From the NCBI GenBank assembly GCA_963788195.1, contig CAWBGA010000013.1, positions 402,254 to 466,253 of the forward strand: a DNA stretch of 64,000 nt, in the 5' to 3' direction. The notes under the pieces are model-generated. The model was not told where the DNA came from and did not search any database. It saw only the letters and a program-made list of their open reading frames with translations. Below, one piece after another: positions 58,237-64,000 of this stretch. How positions within the stretch are numbered: the first letter of the stretch is position 1; the number at the start of each line of letters is the position of its first letter. The position numbers and the translations under genes were made by a program. Source of the DNA: Nitrospirota bacterium. GTDB lineage: Bacteria; Nitrospirota; Nitrospiria; Nitrospirales; NS-4.

Positions 58237-59763
58237 ATGCTGGCAAAGGTCAACAGCGTGGCGGTTGTGGGGTTGGATGCCCACGCAGTAGAAGTCGAAG
58301 TGGATCTTGCGGCGGGGCTCCCGATGTTTACCGTCGTGGGCCTTCCTGACCCTACTGTGCGGGAGAGCCGCGAGCGAGTGCGATCAGCGCTGCGTAATAC
58401 CGGCCTCACATTTCCGCAGCGCAGGGTTACCGTCAATCTTGCGCCTGCCCACCTTCGCAAGGAAGGGGCCGGCTTTGATCTTCCCATTGCGCTCGGCATA
58501 CTGGCTGCGGAAGGTCTGATTCCGATGGCGACGCTCCAACACTTTGTAGTGATCGGGGAATTGTCGCTGGAAGGTTTGGTGAAGCGGGTGCAGGGTGTGT
58601 TATCCATGGCCATGTTCTTCAAGGATCGGCCGATCAAAGGCTTTCTTGTACCGCGGGAGAATGGCGCGGAGGCAGCGATCGTCGGCGGCGTCACGATTTA
58701 TCCCGTCGCCACAGTTCCGGAGGTTCTGGAGTTTCTCAACGGCAGGCAGGCGATTTCGCCGGCGGAACGATCACCGTTTGTGACTGATCCTGGAACGGTT
58801 GCGACATCCGATTTTGCTGAGGTCCGGGGTCAGCAGCATGCCAAACGCGCCCTGGAGGTGGCTGCCGCGGGCGGCCATAATGTCCTGCTCATGGGCCCGC
58901 CGGGATCGGGGAAAACCATGCTGGCGCAGCGACTTCCCGGCATTTTGCCGCCGATGTCGGAGCATGAGGCTATCGAAAGCACGAGGATCCATAGTGTCGC
59001 AGGGATACTTGCTCATGATCAACCTTTGTTAACGACGCGTCCATTTCGCGCCCCTCATCAATCGATCTCTGACGCCGGTCTTATCGGGGGCGGTACATCG
59101 CCCCGGCCCGGCGAAGTCTCACTGGCCCACAACGGAGTACTGTTCCTTGATGAACTTCCAGAATTTCGGCGGAACGTCTTGGAGAGCCTCCGGCAGCCGC
59201 TGGAGGACGGGACAATCTGCATTACGCGGTCGGCTGCTTCCCTTACCTATCCGGCCCGGATCATGCTCATTGCCGCAATGAATCCTTGTCCCTGCGGATT
59301 TCTCGGCGATGCGGTGCACCCTTGCACGTGCGGGCTGAGCCACATCCAGCAGTATCGAGGGAAAATCTCGGGCCCGCTCCTGGACCGTCTCGACCTTCAT
59401 ATCGATGTGCCTGCGGTCTCCTTGCGTGATTTAGCCACGGAGCAGCTAGGGGAAGAGTCTGCGGCGATTCGAAACCGCGTTCTCGCGGCTCGGAGGATTC
59501 AGACCCAGCGCTGTCAAGAAAGTCAGACGTACTGCAACGCGCAGCTTCGTCCGGGCCAGTTACGCAAATACTGCCCGCTGAACACATCAGCGCGAGCCTT
59601 GATTGAACACGCGGTGAGCCGTTGGGGTTTGTCGGCAAGATCGTACATGCGGATCGTCAAAATCTCCCGGACGATTGCGGATTTAGATGGACGCGATGAA
59701 ATCGGAAATGCAGACGTGGCCGAGGCGATTCAGTATCGAAACCTGGATCGAAGGCATCGTTAA
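58237..59763 (+). CDS. comM: YifB/ComM Mg-chelatase-like AAA+ ATPase
   Basis: VGLPD.TVRESRERV, NLAPA..RKEG..FDLP, GPPGSGKTMLA, PFRAPH, GEVSLAH.GVLFLDE, AMNPCPCG. Confidence 0.92.
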   Translation: MLAKVNSVAVVGLDAHAVEVEVDLAAGLPMFTVVGLPDPTVRESRERVRSALRNTGLTFPQRRVTVNLAPAHLRKEGAGFDLPIALGILAAEGLIPMATLQHFVVIGELSLEGLVKRVQGVLSMAMFFKDRPIKGFLVPRENGAEAAIVGGVTIYPVATVPEVLEFLNGRQAISPAERSPFVTDPGTVATSDFAEVRGQQHAKRALEVAAAGGHNVLLMGPPGSGKTMLAQRLPGILPPMSEHEAIESTRIHSVAGILAHDQPLLTTRPFRAPHQSISDAGLIGGGTSPRPGEVSLAHNGVLFLDELPEFRRNVLESLRQPLEDGTICITRSAASLTYPARIMLIAAMNPCPCGFLGDAVHPCTCGLSHIQQYRGKISGPLLDRLDLHIDVPAVSLRDLATEQLGEESAAIRNRVLAARRIQTQRCQESQTYCNAQLRPGQLRKYCPLNTSARALIEHAVSRWGLSARSYMRIVKISRTIADLDGRDEIGNADVAEAIQYRNLDRRHR

Positions 59764-59971
59764 GTCGCCGGCTCCGCAGTCACGAACCGTCGCAAGACCC
59801 CCAACAAAGCTTTCACGACGGAGAGCGGGTTGAGTGAAATCTCCTAGTGCAGGTCCCTCCAATTATTTTCATTAATAGATCTCTTGCTAATCGTAATAGT
59901 CAGGTGTATCGTCGATCCGGAGCGACCGCTTCTGATGGATTCAGAGCCGTCTCTGGAAGTGAGAACCCGCC

Positions 59972-62581
59972 ATGTTCAATATCAATAGACGCCGTTTCCC
60001 TCGGACCCCAGTTATGCTGGCTGCTGCTCTGGATCTCAACGGTACGGAATTAGAGGCTATGGCCCTTAGTATCAGTCAAGGGGGAGCTCTTATTGTTGCT
60101 GGCGTTGACTTCGACGTTGCTAAGAATCAAGCCATCCGGGTGAGGCTTCTTACCGATGCAGGCAGTATAGAGATCGATGCTCACTTACTGGGGGCTCGTG
60201 ATCCGCGCCTCGCGAGGCGGGCCCCCCGGCGTTATGCGCATTTTGGATTTGCGATCCAATTCGATCCGCTGGATGCAATGATTGCGTCGGTATTTGAATC
60301 AATTCTCGATGGAGTACGGCTGGATGCTATCAATGTCTCCATGAGAATCTCTGGCATTGCCTCTCTTCAAGGGAACCCAATCATAAAAGGGAACATAGTG
60401 CCCGGCACTGACCGACGGATTGTGCCGCGGATGGATGTGAAGCTTCCGGTGCTTGTGCGGTCAGACTCGGGGCCGCTCGACGTACCCGAGTCGACACTGA
60501 CGAATCTCAGCGCAACGGGGGCGTGTCTTGAGATCAGCGCAGAACGCAAGGCCTTCGGAGATCGGATGATGTTGCACATCGCCCTCCCACCGGTTTTGCA
60601 ACAAAAGATTCCGGGGCAGGAACAGGACACTGCCTCCCTGACTGCAGAAACGGTCTGGACCGAGGCGGTCAAGGTCGCCGGTGAGGATACACAGGTTTCG
60701 ACTCCTAGATTTCGTATCGGCGTAAGGCTTCTTTTCCGTGAGCGCAATAGCCAACCACGAATCGCCCGCCTTGTCGGTCAGTTGCTCATCGCAGCCGAGC
60801 GGTTCGACTTGCAAGTCGGCGGAATGATCACCACCGAAGCGGTGGAATGCCGAAACGAACTGGACCAGCGCATCGTCGGTTACTTGGATCGTCCCAAACA
60901 TGCGCTGCCGGGATCCCCGGTCGCCATCATTGTTCCGGGGTATGGGGAGAGCAAGCAAGCATATGTCGCATTGGGCTACTACTTAGCTGACAATGGCTTT
61001 CATGTGTTGCGCTACGACCATTGTGATCATATCGGAGAGAGCGACGGCGACCCCATAAAAACCACCCTGACGGGGTTCAAGCGAGACCTTCAGGCCGTGC
61101 TGGCGTTCGTAAAAGACACAAGGCCCGACAGTCCGATTGCGGTCATTGCCAACGGATTGGCCGGGCGCGTCGCATTGAAAACCGCCGCAGCGGATCGCCG
61201 GATGGATCTCTTGGTCATTTTGACCGGTATTGTCGACCTGCAGTTAGCTTGCCTCTCTCTGCATCAAGAAGATTTGATCGTCACGTTTCTTCGCGGAGCC
61301 AGGAGAGGAGTTTCGAACCTTCTCGGGATGCGGATCGATGCCGATCACTTTTTGCAAGACGCTATCAAAGAAGGGTATGCAGACTTGCGGACGACGCTGC
61401 GAGACGCTCAGCAGATCCGGGGGCCGGTGATGTTTTTCGCAACCCACGAGGAACCGGGCGGATCAGTGTCGGCGGTGAATGAAGTGCGGGCGGTAATTGC
61501 CCGGCAGGCACTGTCGCAGGTCTTTCCAATTCCACAAACGCTACAGCAACTTCATGAAAACCCCCGCAAGGAATGGGCGATGTTTCGTCAGCTCGTCTCA
61601 TGTTGCATGACGCATCTTTCCCCAACGGCGGCCACACGGGAGATGATAGAACCGGCGCAACTGGAAATCGGCCGCCAGAATCGGCTGGAGCGTCAACGGG
61701 CAAAGACCCACCGCCCCATTGAGAAATCTGGAAGTAAAGAGTTTTGGCACGCCTACTTGGACCATTTTCATTGCCTTGCGAATATTCCCGAATACTGGCA
61801 TCTGCTGGATCAGATTTCCCGACTGCTGGGACCCATGGAGAAAGGGGCTACAATTCTCGATGCAGGATGCGGGCCGGGCAATCTCGGGATGTGCATGCTG
61901 TTGAAAGACTTCTACCGCCGGCGGGGATCGTCCGGCGCGGGTTTCGACGGCTTGCGCTATGTGGGCATAGAGGTGGACCAGAGCGTTTTAGCCCGGGCGG
62001 CGGTAAGTTTCTCAAATGTCGGCAATGACGCGCTTGTCATGGGAGGAGATCGAGAAGATTCCCCCGAAATGGGCACATCGCTCACGTGCGCCGACCTCAA
62101 TCGTCCGCTGCCGTTCCGGGATCATCAATTTAGTCGAGTCGTTTGCAATCTGGTACTTGGATATTTAGAGGATCCGATGTCGAGTCTCCTAGAGTTAGTT
62201 CGGGTTCTCGCTCCGGGCGGATTAATCATTGTGACCAGCTTGAAACCGTACGCTGACCTCATTGAGATTTACAAAAACTTTATGCTCAGGACCGACCTTC
62301 CAGAGGAAATTGAGGAAGCCGAGCGCCTGCTTAACACGGCCTGCAAGATCAAACAGGCCGAGAGTGACGGGCTCTTTCGGTCTTTCCAACCTGATGAAAT
62401 TGCGATGTTGATGATTATGAGCGGCGTATCAGAGCCACAAGTATCCTCGACGTTCGGAAATCAGGCGTATATTGTGGCGGCAAAAAAGCCACGTCATGAT
62501 GAATATGATGAGGGCGTGCCCGAATATCTCACACAAGAATCCACCTTCGCGACCTCGATGCCCGCTGCAGGTATCCCTTGA
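59972..62581 (+). CDS. Multidomain protein: two PilZ domains, LuxD-like alpha/beta-hydrolase fold, class I SAM methyltransferase
   Basis: RRRFPR...SISQGG and DRRIVPR...NLSATG (PilZ). IIVPGYGE...YLADNGFHVLRYD..DHIGESDG (LuxD-like). ILDAGCGPG and DLN..LPF....F..VVCNL (methyltransferase). Confidence 0.82.
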   Translation: MFNINRRRFPRTPVMLAAALDLNGTELEAMALSISQGGALIVAGVDFDVAKNQAIRVRLLTDAGSIEIDAHLLGARDPRLARRAPRRYAHFGFAIQFDPLDAMIASVFESILDGVRLDAINVSMRISGIASLQGNPIIKGNIVPGTDRRIVPRMDVKLPVLVRSDSGPLDVPESTLTNLSATGACLEISAERKAFGDRMMLHIALPPVLQQKIPGQEQDTASLTAETVWTEAVKVAGEDTQVSTPRFRIGVRLLFRERNSQPRIARLVGQLLIAAERFDLQVGGMITTEAVECRNELDQRIVGYLDRPKHALPGSPVAIIVPGYGESKQAYVALGYYLADNGFHVLRYDHCDHIGESDGDPIKTTLTGFKRDLQAVLAFVKDTRPDSPIAVIANGLAGRVALKTAAADRRMDLLVILTGIVDLQLACLSLHQEDLIVTFLRGARRGVSNLLGMRIDADHFLQDAIKEGYADLRTTLRDAQQIRGPVMFFATHEEPGGSVSAVNEVRAVIARQALSQVFPIPQTLQQLHENPRKEWAMFRQLVSCCMTHLSPTAATREMIEPAQLEIGRQNRLERQRAKTHRPIEKSGSKEFWHAYLDHFHCLANIPEYWHLLDQISRLLGPMEKGATILDAGCGPGNLGMCMLLKDFYRRRGSSGAGFDGLRYVGIEVDQSVLARAAVSFSNVGNDALVMGGDREDSPEMGTSLTCADLNRPLPFRDHQFSRVVCNLVLGYLEDPMSSLLELVRVLAPGGLIIVTSLKPYADLIEIYKNFMLRTDLPEEIEEAERLLNTACKIKQAESDGLFRSFQPDEIAMLMIMSGVSEPQVSSTFGNQAYIVAAKKPRHDEYDEGVPEYLTQESTFATSMPAAGIP

Positions 62582-62695
62582 TGTAGCTCACTTCCCTTCC
62601 CGATTGTATGTTTACGTCCCGCCGCTAAGAAAGCGCTGGCGAAAGAATCCTGCGTGCCGAGAATGCATTATCCGGGCCTAAACTAAGTAAGGGGG

Positions 62696-62724
62696 TTGAC
62701 TTAGGCCCTTTGGTCCGTTACAGT
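62696..62724 (+). promoter_or_regulatory. Sigma70-like promoter candidate TTGACT-N17-TACAGT
   Basis: Near-consensus hexamers with a 17-bp spacer, upstream of ATG 62761. Confidence 0.4.
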
Positions 62725-62760
62725 CATCATTCGCGATCGGCACCGACCAAGAGGGTTCCT

Positions 62761-63807
62761 ATGAGGGATGTATCCCGTCGCAATATTGCGACTCCCGCCG
62801 ACCTGCAACAAGTTTTCACCGAGGGTGAAGCTGCGAAGGCCAGTATCCTCATCGTCGAGGATGAAGCAGGCCCCCGGGAGGCTCTCAAAATGATCCTCCG
62901 ACCATTTTTTAACCTATACTCTGTTGATAATACGGAGGTCGCCCTGCAAGTCCTTCAAGAGCAGAAGATTGATCTTGTGACCTTGGATTTGAAGCTGCCG
63001 CGCAGACAAGGGATGGATTTACTGCAAGAAATCAAGCGCGAGCATGAAAATATTGAGGTCATTATCATCACTGGATATGGGAGTCTTCAGTCCGCGATGG
63101 AGGGGATCCGCTACGGGGCCGCTGCCTACCTGCTCAAACCCTTCAATGTGACGGAACTTATTGAAGTTATTAATCAGACTCTGGACAAGAAGCATCGCTT
63201 CGACTGCCTGCGCAATGCCTTGCAAACGTGCGCCAAGATGTGGGGCCATGAAGTCGACGCGAAGACTGCTTGGAGGAAATCCCTCGGATCTACTGGAGGC
63301 GAAGCATCCCGAGTCTGTTCGCCATGCCAACAGGGGTGAATCTTACGCCTCGTTGGTCGCCGAGGAGTCTAAATCTCTCCAAGGCTGATCGTGAATCCCT
63401 TGAAATAGGAGCATGTCTGCATGACATCGGCAAGGTTGGGTTGGACGAACAGCCTCCCAGCAAGGCCGAACCATCTGATCGTGACGATACGGAGAATATG
63501 AAACGGCACACGGATATTGGGATGCACATGACGGAGTCCCTAGCCTTGTCCGCCGATGTCGTGGCGATTATCCGTCATCACCACGAGTATTACGATGGCT
63601 CGGGCTATCCCGATGGGCTCAAGGGTGAGGACATTCCCTACCTTGCAAGAATCGTCTGCATTGCAAATGAATTTGATTGGTTCCTTACGAGACGCTCCGA
63701 GCAAGACCCAACCGTCCAGGAAGAGGCCAAGGGCATACGTGCGGAGTCAAGCGGGGCGATGTTTTGATCCAAAGCTTGCAAAGGTGTTTGCCCAGGTCGT
63801 TAGATAG
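62761..63807 (+). pseudogene. Response regulator receiver + HD-GYP phosphodiesterase, broken by several frameshifts
   Basis: The REC domain (ILIVEDE, LDLKLP, ITGYG, YLLKPF) is intact. HD-GYP segments are spread over three frames: LLEAKHPE..RHANR, LHDIGK...HHHEYYDGSGYPDGLKGE.IP, and QAGRCFDPKL. Confidence 0.8.
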
Positions 63808-63919
63808 CTGGTCTGCATCGTACCGCCACCCAGTTCGGGTGACTTTGATAGGGACGGCTTGATGACACAGCAATGCCGTCACCCACTCTCAGTCGACTTT
63901 TCCTTTCTTGCAATAGATT

Positions 63920-64000
63920 GCACCCGACGTTGCACCCGCCCACCCCGGCGCTGCCATCGCACCCACCAACCCTGGAATCTGCCAAGACAGACTCCTTAGC
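63920..64000. repeat. Dispersed repeat cluster (runs off the window end)
   Basis: CACCCGCCCACCCC and CCAACCCTGGAATCTGCCAAGACAGA match 15620-15655. Confidence 0.85.

Overview
Gene-dense, GC-rich bacterial chromosomal window, most likely Nitrospirota (Nitrospira-like). This is inferred from the UBact-type proteasome operon and the overall gene content. Main blocks in order: tldD/tldE; FecR protein and CHASE2 adenylate cyclase; DUF2779 and SprT genes followed by a duplicated ~200-bp non-coding element; ettA; a CCAEP-tail B12-binding radical SAM / DUF169 / ATP-grasp cluster; a general-stress/NHEJ cluster (Ku, MerR-like HTH-TPR protein, stand-alone LigD phosphoesterase, BON, YqjE-like); a complete arc-dop-ubact-prcB-prcA-pafA operon; a RelBE-like pair; a large G8/beta-helix/malectin-like gene bracketed by 28-bp direct repeats; tRNA-Leu(TAA) with a decayed ~3.9-kb integrated element (59-bp att repeat, integrase remnant); further accessory genes (SNase, two RRM proteins, VOC, AI-2E, degenerate GGDEF); housekeeping genes (dus, maf, SPFH, comM/yifB); a PilZ-PilZ-LuxD-like-methyltransferase fusion; and a multiply frameshifted REC-HD-GYP gene. 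A modular dispersed repeat (CACCCGCCC...GCCAAGACAG) occurs at five loci, once in-frame inside a membrane-protein gene. No rRNA or CRISPR array was seen. All family assignments come from motif recognition by eye, without database searches.
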